A stretch of DNA of 64,000 nt, taken from positions 50,656,001 to 50,720,000 of the forward strand of contig CM052817.1 of assembly GCA_028534125.1 (NCBI GenBank), read 5' to 3'. The notes beneath the pieces were generated by a model. That model was not told where the DNA came from, did not search any database, and saw nothing but the letters and a program-made list of their open reading frames with translations. Positions within the stretch are counted from its first letter, which is position 1. Every line of letters begins with the position of its first letter. Shown in pieces: positions 12,640 to 25,850 of this stretch. The position numbers and the translations under genes are program-made. The stretch comes from Lama glama (Eukaryota).

Positions 12640-12812
12640 TCAGTTCTCTCTCATACTCACTCACTGAGTCAAATTGCCTAAACTTTATTTTCCTGATTCT
12701 TCTGCTATAAATAGGAAGAGTAGTAATAATACCTAAAAACACTGTTGTAGCATTTTAATGAAGCAACAGATACAAAGGCACATGCAGTGTACTAGAGACT
12801 TTAAATATTGGT
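12640..12812 (+). mobile_element. MIR SINE
   Basis: 'ttcttctgctataaataggaagagtagtaataatacct...ctgttgtagcattttaatga'. Confidence 0.6.
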
Positions 12813-14569
12813 AAGTTGAAACATGCTTACTATTTAACACTTGTAAAAGTTAAAGACCAATTGTTGTGATACACTGTAACTTAGGAAGTCCTATTTCTTT
12901 AGAAATATTGTGAAGAGAATTTTCTTAATGTTGGGCCTAACTATTAGATAAAATCAAATTAAGATAAAACTATAAGAGACAATATTGCCTAAGAAAAATC
13001 ATGAAAGGAGATAGAATATGTTAGAAGTATTTTTGCTTAAAGGCCATGCATGAGAGAATGATCAATATGAAAGATGAGTCTCATGAAGGGAAACTTGAAA
13101 TTACATAGGAAAGAATGAAACGGCTCAGACCAGGACAGTGTCTTAAATGGTCAAGAATCACTTGGAAATCAAATAAAAATATAGCTTCCTTGGCAATATT
13201 ATCAGATTCTGACTCAGATTTCAGCATAAAGAATCTGCATTAAAAAAAAGTCTTAGATAATTCTGCTTGAGGTAGTACATACACCAATAACTACTGTAGA
13301 CCCTTCCATGAGGTGTTGAACTGTACTTGTCTTTTTTTTTTTTAAATGTTCAGGGAATACTAAAGTAAGAAAAGTGATTAAACGTTAATAGATAATGAAT
13401 TTAGGTTAAGAGCTTCTCTGGTTAAAAACATACCACAAAACTACAGTTATAAGCATTTGAAAGAGGAATGTCTTGTTTGAGAGTATTTTATTTTGTTTTT
13501 TTGTTGTTTGAGTCTTTTATGAAGAACGGAGAACAGTTTAGTTTGGACTTGAGTAATAGAATGAAATGTAAAAACTGAAGCTGCTGAATGACGAAATATG
13601 TTACATAGATTCTGCATGATGATCTGTCTCTACACAGTTCTAAATAGCTGAGAAAGTCTGCGTGACTTTTCCAATGTTCATATGCATCACTAGAGGGCAA
13701 CATATACTATACCTTTAAGATCACTATCACAGACAGAAATTGTGTGTAGTTATAGGGAGTGTAGGCAGAGCCAAAACTGGCAGAAGTCAGAAAGATAAAA
13801 CTGCAGCTATAATTACTGCTAAAACGATCAGGTAATTTAGCTAACTGCATGCAGCCATCAGTAGCAGTTACTTAATAGGAAAACCTACTGAATAAATTAA
13901 GGTTTTTCTCAATTTTTGAAAAAAAAATCAAGTAGACATGGTCATTGTTCTCTGAAAGTCATGCTCACAATCGTGCAGAATACATAACAGGAAAAATGGA
14001 CTCTCTTCCTATCTCTAAAATGTGTATCAATTACAGAAGGACAGCACAATCATATTGTAGAGAGTGCCCACCTGTACAGAGCAGAGGCTGGTTTTATTCT
14101 TTATATTGTATTGCATGGGTCATCTCGTCATTGCTTAGGTTTAAAACCATGAAAGAAGCTACCAATGGGGAAGGAGCCAGCCATTGATTATCTTTACAAC
14201 TAGAATCAAGAAAGAAAAAAATCTTAGGAATCATAGTTCTGGTTTTTATATTTTAAATTTGCATATTTTTATATCTAGAAAACAATGTTATTGTTGTATT
14301 ATATTTTAATGATAAAATATTATAAACCCATTTGGAGGCAAGTTGGTTACAAGAATAAATGAATAAAAAACCCTATGAATGAATTTAATGAACTTCTGTT
14401 TTCCAAAGATTAAAAAAAAATAATTGAGGGGAAAATACAGATTATAGAGGTAGAGAAACTGAACATCGTTCTGAAAACAGAACTGCACATTTTAAAAATT
14501 ATAAAGAAGCAAAGTTTTTATTTCAGTGATAAATGATCTAATTCCACTATTTCAAATACAGCAGATTGA

Positions 14570-14790
14570 TAGTTACCAGTTAATTTTTTCAGCACTTTAT
14601 ATGTGTTGGGCAAAATGCTTTATATTATCTCATATAATCTTCTCAGTAAATTTATAGAATTGGAACTGTTGCCACATACATTTTACACATGGATAAACTG
14701 GTATTTAGAGATTAATTTACTGGGAGATATCAGACAAAAATTCAAGCAATGTGTTTGGACCCTATAGTCTTTACTGTGCTTTCCTACCTT
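14570..14790 (-). mobile_element. MIR SINE
   Basis: 'attatctcatataatcttctcag...cattttacacatggataaactggtatttagagattaa'. Confidence 0.65.
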
Positions 14791-15586
14791 TCATGGCTGG
14801 ATGCTGTCTCAGTAGTAGAGGAATAATCAGGAATAATTTTGGGTGTATCTGCCAGCAAGTGGGCATATAAATTTCCTATTCATTCAAAGCCACTAAGTCC
14901 CCTCTTTTACTAATCTAAAAAGCAACATGGAAACATTATTTAGTCAGGTCCACATTGCTTGTAAAATGTATGAAAGAGTTGAAATATTTATTGGCTTATT
15001 TAAAAATGGTAAACCTGTATTCAACTTTAACCTAAGAAGCATACAGGCATGATTTGGAGTTGGAGAATGTAAGTTAAAGTGACTCTAGTTCATGATTTTG
15101 GGGAAACAGTGGGGGCCTTTAGGAAAAATTATGCATTCTTCCGTTCCTTCAATCTTTTTAAACACTTTTTTTTTTTAAAGACATTTGTGGATGTTAGAGG
15201 AAGAATGAGGCATTCTTCCAGCCTTAAATTGAAGTCTACTTTATCCCTGACTTGGTATTCTAGAATTTCATTTCTCCTGTTGAGAGTTAAATCACCGAAA
15301 CTGTATTGCAGAGGAAAAAGTCAAAAGCAAACACCAAAAAGGTCTAAGATGCTGGTGGACCTTTGGACTTGTGTCTAATTTTATGTTTCATTCCTTAATA
15401 CTGACTTTCTAGAAATTCAGGACTTACTAAACTAAAATCTTCAATCTACCATGCAAAAAATAAGTCCAAACCACTCTAATTTACTTTTTTAAAGAAATTA
15501 TCTTTAAAGTATCCTAAAGATTTAAAAGTTATGGTGTTAGAGACATGTTATACCTTTCAAAGTGGTTTGCAAAAAATTAATCTCCT

Positions 15587-16012
15587 GTATCAGTCCAGAG
15601 AGTCTAGGCAGTCACCAGAGGGTAGGTTATACTGCAATAACAAATAAACCCAAACTTTCAGTAGCTTGGAACCTAAAGTTTTATTTCTTGCTCATGTTAC
15701 CATTCCTTGGTAGGTCAGGTGGGAGCTCTGTTCCCCTTCAGCCATCATCCTGACCCTTGAACCAGCCTGCCTGATGACTCACTGTATTGAATATTGACTC
15801 TGAACACGGCAAAGGTAGAAGAGAACTCTTTAAGGGTCTTCCCCTGGCTTTCTACATTTTGGGCTGAAAGCAGTTTATAACTCACTGACCAGAACTGCTC
15901 ACATAGACCTGCTCAATCACATGGGAACTTGCTTAAAAAAAAAAATAATCCACAATGGTTCCAAAATGGAGGAAAGCCAGAAGTTGGGTGCATGCTGATA
16001 AATGGCTATCAC
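15587..16012 (-). mobile_element. MaLR LTR (MLT1K/L-like)
   Basis: 'ggttatactgcaataacaaataaacccaaactttcagtagcttggaacctaaagttttatttcttgctcatgt...gaccagaactgctcacatag'. Confidence 0.7.
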
Positions 16013-17999
16013 AATTCTCTAACAAAAAATACCTTTCCTTTTTACCCAAGTAGTATACCTAAATTTCACACAACTTATAAAAATCAAGTTCAAATGAAAC
16101 TTTTGACAACATGAAAAAATATTGTAAGGGTAAAATATAAGCCATTAACATTCTAGAGACTTCGTGTTTGGGCCCAGAAGAAAAAGGATAAATAAAAAAG
16201 TCTGCTTTTTCTCTGCCTAGATTTACTTTGAATATAAAAGTTCTTATAACAGTTTCACAGATTGAGATGACTCTGGGTCTGTTTTAGTTTTTAAATTAAG
16301 TGCAAATTAACCTCGCAGGTTCAAAAACTTAACAAGGTGCAAGGCAGATCTAGAATGCTTTTTATGGTGGTTCAGGAAATCTCGGTGGTCTCTCAACAGC
16401 TCTATTTAGATAAGTTTCAAATTTAATTGTATACATATGACTAAGAGAAATAATTCTTATAAATTATCTCATAACTTTTATGGTGCATTTTAAGTTATTA
16501 AAAATGATTTCAGAATCTTATAAGTGATAGAAATTCTACTCAAAACAGTAAAAACCTGTTTATTTGACACCATGTAGCTGGATGAGTGCAGTTCTTTCTC
16601 TTATTATGATTATGTGATTTTAAAAATACCTGAAATTTTTTTCCTCTGCTGTTTTTTCTCTTTAAATGAAGCTTGAAAATAAAGTAGGTTTATATGCAAA
16701 TAACTTTAAAATAAAAATTAATTTTAAGGAGACTTACCGTGAATAACACAAGCACAATATAAACCCTTGAATGTCCCAGGGTATCTGTAGCACAGGCAAA
16801 TGAAAATTGGCATTGTGCTCACTCTGAGAAAAATGTACTGTTCCTGGTTTTCAAACATTATCAACATACAATATGGGTTGAGTCATACTCCTGTATTTAA
16901 AACCTCGACTTTTTTCTTTCATTGATTTTTTTTTTAATGATTAAGCATATGTTTGCATTGTACTACAATGGTGGGCATTTGAGAGAAATGGTAAATGGAT
17001 GAGTAAGGAATATATCAAAATAATAAAAATGGGTTAAATATTATTAAAAAGTTAGTATTTTTCACAAGATAATGTTATAATGAAGGGAAATAGTATGCAG
17101 AGGTAAAGGGGAAAAGTACTTAATTCATGATTCCTACAAAAAAATTTGTCTTTAATAGAAGACAGGGTATCGGTCTTTAATAAGCTAATTAGGAAAGTAA
17201 ATTCAGTAAATATATTTTAGAGAAGATACACTGGTTAGTTTTTCTTTATCACTTAAAACTTTTAAACTATAAGTATTTTCAAGCTCTGCTATGCAGAATC
17301 CACCAGTTTCTTACATTCTCAAAATGGAATAGTCCTTGAAATATTTCTTAAACCACTAGGGTGCCATTCAGTAAATTGCTTCTTCATAAGCGCTAAATTG
17401 CACACTAATGTCTTGAGAAAGAAAGCTATCTACTCCCTAGGATTATAAATATTATCTCATTAGTTCTAAAAACACACCTATGAGGATGGGAAAATGGAAA
17501 TGGGAAATATTTCATTTTAGAAGTTGAACCATTGAGACACAGAATAGAGAACATCAAAATTATCAATACTCCCAAGTGCCAGAATTCCCAATGTAAAATC
17601 TAGTGTTTGAACTACTAAATAAAGAATGGACAAACCAGTAGATATCTGTATGTCCTCGTTTGCAAAGTATGTGTTAGTAGCTGTGAAAACTCTGTGACTT
17701 CATAAACTTTTATTCTCTTTATTACAGCAAGGACTCCTTGCCTCAGTAATAATGGTGGACAAATGAAAGAAATGGTAAATGAATAAAATGAAGTAGTAGC
17801 ATGTTTAAATAAAGTAGGTGAGTGGATGAAACTTAAATTCAGTTTTCATTAAGATGAGATGAATCTTGAAGTTGAAACATAAGTGATAAAGGAAGGGGAC
17901 AAGAAAAAATTGACTTTGAACAAGAGAGTCTTAGAGAAATGCCTTCCACATTTGTACTTTAAAATTCCTTTTATAATTTTCCACACTCTGGCTGTGGGC

Positions 18000-18772
18000 A
18001 ATTTTATTTATGAATAATTTTAGGGTTTTGAGTCTTTTGCATGACTCAGTTGTTGATGTCTCATTTGCTGCTCTCTCCTGGGCAAGATGTAGCACAGGCA
18101 GGTAATCCTCGGGGGCATGAGCCCTTAGACTGTCCCACCGTTTCAGTGTCTGGAGTGCAACTTCTTCAGGGTACTGTAGAAGCTGTGATGACACTGGGAG
18201 CCGTGCTGAAGCCCTTGCATCCTTAATCTGCCATCTTACTTTGTTGGCCCTAATGCCCTGGTTCCTGCTGACATAGCTTCATTCCATGTCAAGATTAGTA
18301 CTGAAAGCAAGATTTTCTATCATTTCTCTTAAGTGTTGGAACTGTTTACATTCACACACACACTCGGTGGTCCCCAGACCTTTTGTTCTCTACCTTCTCA
18401 AAGTCTGATTCTTATTCTCAGCAATCAGGACCCTGGGCCTCACCAGTCCATTTGACATGTCTGGAAGTTCAAAACCGAGGATCCAAGTCCCAATCTCCTT
18501 TTAACCAGGTGGTTGATAAGTCCCTTCATAAGCACTAGAATAGAAACAGATGTATCTAGGGAGGTAATGGTTATCTCCACTCGCTAACAGCACCTAAGCC
18601 TAAAACACTCACAAAGCCCACACCACTCTTGTGTGTTTTCCCAGAACTACGTGTGAGTCCTTGACACATGACTGAAGAAGACACGTGGGGCTGCCAGCTG
18701 AAAAGTATATTCCAGCTTTATTTCCTTTTCAAAAATGTTACAGTTCAGTCTCTGCAGGGTGCCTCACTACAA
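18000..18772. mobile_element. Probable ancient LTR-class element, family unresolved
   Basis: Abrupt GC-richer block ending in '...cctcactaca'; no ORF homology recognised. Confidence 0.3.
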
Positions 18773-19699
18773 TTATATGAATGTCCCAGAAGTCAAGTCT
18801 TTGCTGTTTCCAGTGCACTGTAGTTTTGTTTTTTTTTTTTTTAAGTAGTGACTTTAGCAGAAAAACTCTATTTGGAGAAAGGTCTGTGTTCTATATTTTT
18901 GATGGAATATAGATTTCCCATTTAAATTCCTTAAATTTTACTAATAGAGTATTTCAAAGTGGAATGATTAAGTTAGGAGAAACAAAAGACATATTCAGGA
19001 AGAAAACTTAAATTTTGTTATAAAATAAATTTGAACTCTGGCTTCATAGTACTTTTCACTTTGAGTTCTGAAAAGGAGTGATGAGGGTCATACTAGCTGC
19101 AACACCCCTTCCCTTACCTAAGTGATCTATTTTAGTTATCTCATTGCCAGTTAAAGATGACCTTGTGCTGCTGAAATATTTCCAGTGATGGATGATGCCG
19201 GAAATGCTGAAGTTCTCTGTTCAGTTTTTGACTCTCTATGACTTGACTTGGTCTCTGCAGTTCTTTGCCAGTCCTGGTCTTTTCTCTTTTCTGCAATCAG
19301 TTGAAAGCAAGGTGTTAGTCCCTGTTTTCTTCTTACTCTGCTCAAGCTATTGAGTGGCTCTTGAACTTGGAATATGTGAAAAGGGATAAGAAGACATTAT
19401 ATAGTCAGGACCTCAGTTAAATACAGTAAGATGATCAGTTTTGTGGGTGAATAATATAGAACTAGATCCTTAGCCATCCACCTCAGGGAAGGGGCTCAGA
19501 GGTGATCTTGAGCCAATTAGCATAAGAAACATCTGGCTTGATACTTTCCTGAAATCACGATTTCACTGGCATTGATCAGATTCAGACAATGTAAAGTTTT
19601 TATTTTCTATTTAATAGCTGTTTCCTTTCTTCAGAAATAATTAATGGAACCCTATCATAGTACCACCTACCTCAGAGGAAGGCATGATTGCATATGATA

Positions 19700-20140
19700 C
19701 ATGATCATTAACTTTATGTACCAAGTAAACACTGGGCCATGGGAGGCCCAGACAACTGGTTAAACTTTATTTCCTGTTGTCTTCTGGAAGAGATGAGCTT
19801 TCAAATTGGTGGACTGCATAAAGCTTTGCCAAGGTGGGTGGACGTCATCCAATTTGTTGAGAGCCTGGATAGAACAAAAAGGCAGAGAAAGTTAAAATGA
19901 ACTGCCTGTCTGTGAGCTTGAACGTTGATCTCCTTCCCTGCGTGCTCTGGTTCTTGGGCTTGAGACTCAGATTGGAATCGATACAATTAGCTCTTCAGTT
20001 CTCAGGCCTTCAGACTATACTGCCAGCTGTCCTGGGTCTCCAGCTTGAGAGAGCAAGTCCTAGAACTCTGCAGCCTCCATAATTGTAAGAGCCAATACTT
20101 GATAATCAATCTCTCTGTCTCTTCTCTCACTTCATATATC
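19700..20140 (+). mobile_element. MLT2 (ERVL) LTR
   Basis: 'gtgggtggacgtcatccaatttgttgagagcctggatagaacaaaaaggcagag...cctgggtctccagcttg...cagcctccataattgtaagagccaat'. Confidence 0.85.
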
Positions 20141-20354
20141 TATTATATATAAATATTTTATATATAATTATTTATTTTGATGTGTGTGTGTGTGTGTTTA
20201 TTTATTTATTTATTTAAAATCTTGGTCCTCAATAATGTGTGGTAGAAAAAAGCATTTGGAATTAGACACATTTGAGCTCAGTTTCCAATACTGGCTTTTA
20301 TGAGAGATACTGGCAATGACTTTAAATCATTACCTTCCTATTCTTAATACACTT

Positions 20355-20817
20355 TGTGTATCCCTATCCAGATGTATTTTCTACTCTTCTTCACCCACTC
20401 ATTGTCTCAGGAGACTGGCCTGTACAGCCTGCATCAATGGGCTCTTTGAGCCTCCAGCTTCTGATGAGAGTCAATGAGAAAGGAAGGGGTCTAGATGGCA
20501 GAGAGAGAGAGGTCTTAATTATTCCTCTTCTCTCTTCCTGATGACCTGTATTCCCCTTCTGAAGGACAGAGTTCCTGCCGCCATTGTGGTCTTTTCCTTC
20601 ATTACCTCAGTTATAACACTCTGGGTGCTTGGGTATCTCTCCCTCACCCCAACATTGCCTGGAGCTGGGGAGGCTTCCAGAGTCCCTAGCTCCAGAGTGT
20701 CTCACCATCTTTTTGATTTTTCTTCAACCTGCTAACACATTTTAAAATTGTCCCTTTTATTAAACTCTCTTTAATTTTCCTTTTCTAGTATGTTACCTAT
20801 TTTCTTCCAGGAGTACA
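20355..20817 (+). mobile_element. ERVL LTR (LTR33-like) inserted within a MIR
   Basis: 'caggagactggcctgtacagcctgcatcaatgggctctttgagcctccagcttctg' and 'ttttattaaactctct'; MIR halves flank it at ~20230-20350 and ~20820-20960. Confidence 0.65.
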
Positions 20818-21057
20818 ATGTGTCCTACAGTTGTTTTCTCATCTCTGAAAGGGGGTTGGTAATAATTGTAGAATTGTTATGAAAATTGAGTAATACATGT
20901 AGAGTGCTAAGGGGATACACCTGCTTCAGAACAACTAAAATAAGTGGGAACCATATTACTAACGTTAGCATTCTTTCATAGTAGATTTCATAAAACTTTT
21001 TTTATGGTTTCTGATGATAGTCTAAAACAACTTAACATTTAAGATAAAGGTCATTAT

Positions 21058-21480
21058 CTGTGCTAGTCTGGGTACTCCAAGAAGCAGAACAAAGATAGAA
21101 TTAAATGTGCAAAAGATTTGTGTGTTGTGGAACTAAAGATAAATGCATAAGGAGAGCCTTCAGACCACATTTCAGGCCTAACTTATGTGAGAGGAGGGTG
21201 TGGAAAGGGAGACTGATTGAATAGGAAGTCTTAGAGGCATATTTCCGAAGAAGATTTTGGTAAGGCCACTGGTGAGTCCTTGAACCAAGGCTGCCTATTA
21301 GAGTATTCCTTATACCGCAGGAGTTAGACTACACTAAACCCTCAGCCATGTTTAATTACTTACTGGGAGGAGCCATAGGGAAATAAGGCATCAGCAGAAA
21401 CATGGCAGTGGATACAGTGGGGCGGTTAGTTGATGCTTCTTCCTGCCACAGATTTGGGTGGTATATTTCCATAGCTCCAA
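21058..21480 (-). mobile_element. ERVL-class LTR
   Basis: 'gtctgggtactccaagaagcagaac...ggagagccttcagaccac...gattgaataggaagtcttagag'. Confidence 0.55.
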
Positions 21481-21588
21481 ATTAAAATACTTTATGTGTA
21501 ATATTAAAAATTAGGTTAGGTAAAAATAAGCAATAATGCTTTAATTATATTATTGATACTGTCTTTGTACTTCTTCACATTGGCTATT

Positions 21589-21593
21589 GTGTG

Positions 21594-21628
<35 letters not shown>

Positions 21629-21640
21629 ATGTATATATAA
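21589..21640. repeat. Compound (TG)n/(TA)n microsatellite
   Basis: Seen directly; flanked by direct repeat ATTGGCTATTGT at 21579-21590 and 21650-21661. Confidence 0.9.
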
Positions 21641-22443
21641 AGTATATCTATTGGCTATTGTATATCTTCCTTTGAGAAATGTCTATTCAAGTCCTTTGCC
21701 CAATTTTTAATCTGGCAATTTTTAAAAATTGAGTTGTAGGAGTTCCTTACACATTTTGAATATTAATTCCTTATCAGATATATGGTTTACAAATATTTTC
21801 TCTCATTCAGTATGCTGCCTTTCACTCTGTTGCTTTTGCTTTTCAGAAGTTTCTTGGTTTGATACAGTCTTTTTATTTTTTGTTGCCAGTGCTTTTGGTG
21901 TCATATTAAAAAAATATATATACATTGCCGAGACCAATGTTGAAGTTATTCTTATGTTTTATTCAGTAGTTTTATCATTTCAGGTCTTATATTTATCTTT
22001 AACCCATTTTGAGTTGAATTTTCTATATGGTGTGAGAGAAGGGTCTACTTTTATTTTTCTGTATGTGGTTATGCAGATTTCCCAGTACCACTTACTGAAG
22101 AAACAATCTATTCCCCACAGATCAGTTGACAGTAAATGTGACTTTATTTCTGCTGTTGGTGTTCTGTTTCATTGTTCTGTCTTTTTTAATGCCAGTGCTG
22201 CACTGTTTTGATTACTATAGCTTTTGTAATAGAGTTTGAAATCAAGAAGTGTGATATCTCCAGCTTTGTTCTTGATCAAGATTGTTCATTGTCTTCTGTT
22301 GTTCCTTATGAATTTTTTTGTTTTTGCAAAAGATGCCTTTGGGATTTTAATAGGGAAAGCATTGAATGTGTAAATCATTTCCAGTAGCATGGACTTTTAA
22401 ACAATTTTTTTTAAACAGCATGGAATTTATCTATGTTTTCTTT

Positions 22444-22563
22444 TTTTAATTGAAGTATAGTTGATTTACAATGTTGTATTAGTTTCTGACGTACAGCATA
22501 GTGATTCACGTATACATTTATATATATCCTTTTTCATTATAGGTTATTATGAGTTATAGTTGC
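22444..22563 (-). mobile_element. Short younger L1 3' end nested in the older L1
   Basis: 'ttttaattgaagtatagttgatttacaatgttgtattagtttctg'; TSD CTATGTT(T/G)TCTTT at 22431-22443 and 22564-22576. Confidence 0.85.
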
Positions 22564-23419
22564 CTATGTTGTCTTTAATTTCCTTCACCAATGTTTTATG
22601 GTTCTGTGTATACAAATCTTCAACCTTTTGGTTAAATATATTTCTGAGTATTTTATTACTTTCTTACTATTGTAAATGGAGTTGTTAATTTCCTTTGTGG
22701 ATAGTCTGTTACTATATAGAGTGCTACTAATCTTTGTAAGTTGGTTTTTGTATCCTACAAATTTATTGAATTTGTTTAACAGCTTTTTGTTGAGTCTTTA
22801 GGGTTTCCTATATGCATGATCATGTCATCCACAAACAGATCACTTTACTTCTTCCTTTCCTATTTGGATGCCTTTAATTTCTCCTCTAATTATTCTGGCT
22901 GGAACTTGAGTATTTCTGTCTAATAGAAGTGGTAAGAGTTGGCATCTTTGACTTGAACCAGATCTTCAAGGAATAGCTTTCATTTTTCCCCACTGATTAT
23001 GATATTAGCTGTGAGTTTTTCCTATATGGCCTTTATTGTGTTGAGGTACAGTCATTCTATCCTAATTTGTTGGGTTGATTTTGTTGTTCATGAAAGGATG
23101 CTGAATATTGTAAAATGCTTTTCCTTTTTGAAATGATCGTGGGCTTTTTATCTGTAATGTGGTTTATTTGTTTTATCTGTTAATGTAGTATACCACATCT
23201 TTGTATATGTTGAATCATTCTTGTAACACAAGGATAAATCCCACTTGGTCATGACATATAAATCTGTTAATGTGAAGTTGGGTTTGCCAGTATTTTGTGG
23301 AATTTTTTTGCATTTATGTTTCTTCTTTTATGCACCTATAGTTGTCTTTTCTTGTGATAGCATTGTGTGGCTTTGTTATCAAGGTGTTGCTGGCCTCATA
23401 AAATGAGTTGGGAAGTGTT

Positions 23420-23583
23420 CCCTCTTCTTTCTTTCTTTTCTTTCCTTTTCTCTTCTTTCCTTCTTTCCTTCCTTCCTTCCCCTTCTTTCCTTCCTTTTCC
23501 TTCCTTCCTTCCTTTTCCTTCTTTCCTTCCTTCCTTTTCCTTCTTTCCTTCCTTCCTTTTCCTTCTCCTTTTCCTTCTCCTTC
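23420..23583. repeat. Polypyrimidine (TTCC/TTTC)n simple repeat
   Basis: About 160 bp of pure C/T, seen directly. Confidence 0.95.
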
Positions 23584-23920
23584 TAGAATTTGAGGAGGAC
23601 TGGTATTAATTCTTCAAATGTTTGGCAGAATCCATCCACAGTGCCACCTGGTCCTGGACGTTTTTGGGGAAGTTTTTAACTTACTGCTTCAGTCTTCTTA
23701 TTGGTCTTATCAGGCTTTCTATTTCTTTTTGATTCAGTCTTGGTAAGTTGTATGTTCCTAGAGATTTACCCATTTGCCCTAGGTTATCCATATGTATGTT
23801 GGTGTATAATTGGTCATAATTTCTTCTCTGATCTTTATTTCTTTCCATTATCTTTGACCCTAGTTTGCTTTTTCTTAGTTCCTTGAGATACAAAGTTAGG
23901 TTGTTTCTTTGAGGCCATCT

Positions 23921-24035
23921 CTTTTTTTATTGAAGTATAGTCAGTTTACAATGTTGTGTCAATTTCTAGTGGACAGCACAATGCTTCAGTCATACATGAA
24001 TATACATATATTCTTTGTCATATTCTTTTTCACCA
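23921..24035 (-). mobile_element. Short young L1 3' end nested in the older L1
   Basis: 'ttttattgaagtatagtcagtttacaatgttgtgtcaatttctagtggacagcacaat'; TSD AGGCCATCT at 23912-23920 and 24036-24044. Confidence 0.9.
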
Positions 24036-25850
24036 AGGCCATCTTTTTAAATGTAGACATTTACTGTTGTAAAATTCCCTCTTAGCACTGTTTTTGCTGT
24101 ATATCATAAGTTTTGATATGTCTTTGTTTTTGTTTGCCTCTATTTTTAAAATTCCTTTTTGATTACCTGTTTGAACCAATGGTTGTTCAAAACTGTTTTG
24201 TTTAAATTCCCTGTATTTGTAATTTTTCCTGTTTTCTCACTGTTACTGGCTTCCAGTTTTATTCCATTGTGGTCAGAAAAGATACTTAGTATAATTTTGA
24301 TCTTCTTAAATTTGTTAAACTTTGTGACCTAATATGTGATTTAGTTTGGATAATGTTCTGTGTGTGATTGAGAAGAATGTGTATTTGTCAGCTGTTAGGC
24401 AGAAAGTTCTGCTAGATCAATTTGAACTACAGTATTAAGTCAGCTCTTTTCTAATTTTAATTTTTTCTCTATCTGGATGTTCTATTCATTATTGAAAGTG
24501 GGGTATTAAATCTAATATTATTCTATTGCTGTCAGTTTCTCCTTTCAGATCCATCAATATTTGTTTTATATACATAAGTGCTCTGATATTAGCATATATA
24601 CTTAAAATTATTTTTATCTTCCTATTAAATTAATCTTTTTATCATTATATGATCTTCTTTGTCTCTAGAGACAGTTTTTGACTTAGTCTATTTTGTATGA
24701 TATAAATATAGCCACTCCTGATTTCAGGAATATCCTGCAGGGCCTTCAAGACTACCACTTGGTTCTCTGTAGACCCTGGGAAACTAGCAAATGCCAGGCC
24801 CTGTCAGCTCTGAGATAGGCCAGAGAGAAGCCAAACCCACAGGCAATAGCCAGAAAAGTAAAAAAGCTAGATGTGTGCTCTGGCTCCCTCCAGAAGGAAG
24901 CTGGAGGGTTGATCACTTTAACTTTGATTGTGGTGGGGGAGCAGCTACAGAAGGTGCCCCATAACCTTTCAAGCTCCCAGAGGACTGTAATTGCCTGGCC
25001 CATCAGCCCTGGGTGCAGGCTACTTGGAAGCCAGGCCTTCAGTCAGAAGTGGGAAAGACCAGGATGTTAGATTGCAATCTAACCTTTTCCATGGAGGATC
25101 TGAGAGCTGGGCTTTATTGCCTCTTTGCACTGAGCCAGTGGGAAAAGCCATAGGAAGTGCTCCTATGCCTTTTAAAAACACCTCTTTTTATTCTCAGAGG
25201 CCCAAAGGACTGGAGAATGCTAGGCCCCATGAATTCCCAGAGATGGATGAGTTAGGAGTCAGTCTCTTGGTTAGCAGCCAAGTTGAAGTAGTAGTTGTGT
25301 GGTCCAAAGCCTTTGCTCCTCAAAAGAAAGAAGCTGGAAGTTGAGGGTTGGTTACCTCCCAATTACATGTTGCTGTGCTGGGGGTGGAGTTTACAGTGAG
25401 AGTGTGTCTCAGCTTTTCCTACTTGTTGCAATGTGGGTATTTTCTGAGTTGCTTATTGTATAGGAATACAACTAGTTTCTGGATTTCTCTCAAATGGGAA
25501 TGAATTCACATGTAGCTGTGCACTAATGGTGTCCATGGGTGGAAGTCTGGAGGCTCCTATTCTGTCATCTTATTAACTCTACTTACAGAAGACCATTTCT
25601 ATTCAGGATTTTTCTATGGTGGACTCACCTGTTTGGAACTCCTCTGTGACTGACCTAGTTCTAAATAATGCTCAAAAGTGGAGCAAACTCAAAAATTAAT
25701 TACATTTTGTACACTTGTTTAGATTGAAAATTCTCTTTGATATCAGGGCTGAGGGACCTATTGCCTCTGTTTTAATGAAGAATATGTAACTAAGGGAAAT
25801 GGTAGGAATGATTTAATATATGAATTTTATTTCCTTCAATAGCAGCTTCT

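Larger units (their letters stand above)
21650..25570 (-). mobile_element. Internally deleted L1: ORF2 remnant (21650-24720) joined to 5'UTR (24720-25570)
   Basis: Classic antisense ORF2 motifs ('gagaaatgtctattcaagtcctttgccca', 'ggataaatcccacttggtcatg', 'attccattgtggtcagaaaagatac'); GC-richer 5'UTR ending 'tattctgtcatctt'. Confidence 0.9.

Noticed and set aside
21729..22211. Longest ORF in the track (160 aa, + strand)
   Set aside because: It lies on the antisense strand of L1 ORF2; the F/L/S-rich peptide is a typical L1-antisense artefact
23367..23609. F/L/P/S-rich ORFs
   Set aside because: They are translations of the (TTCC)n simple repeat
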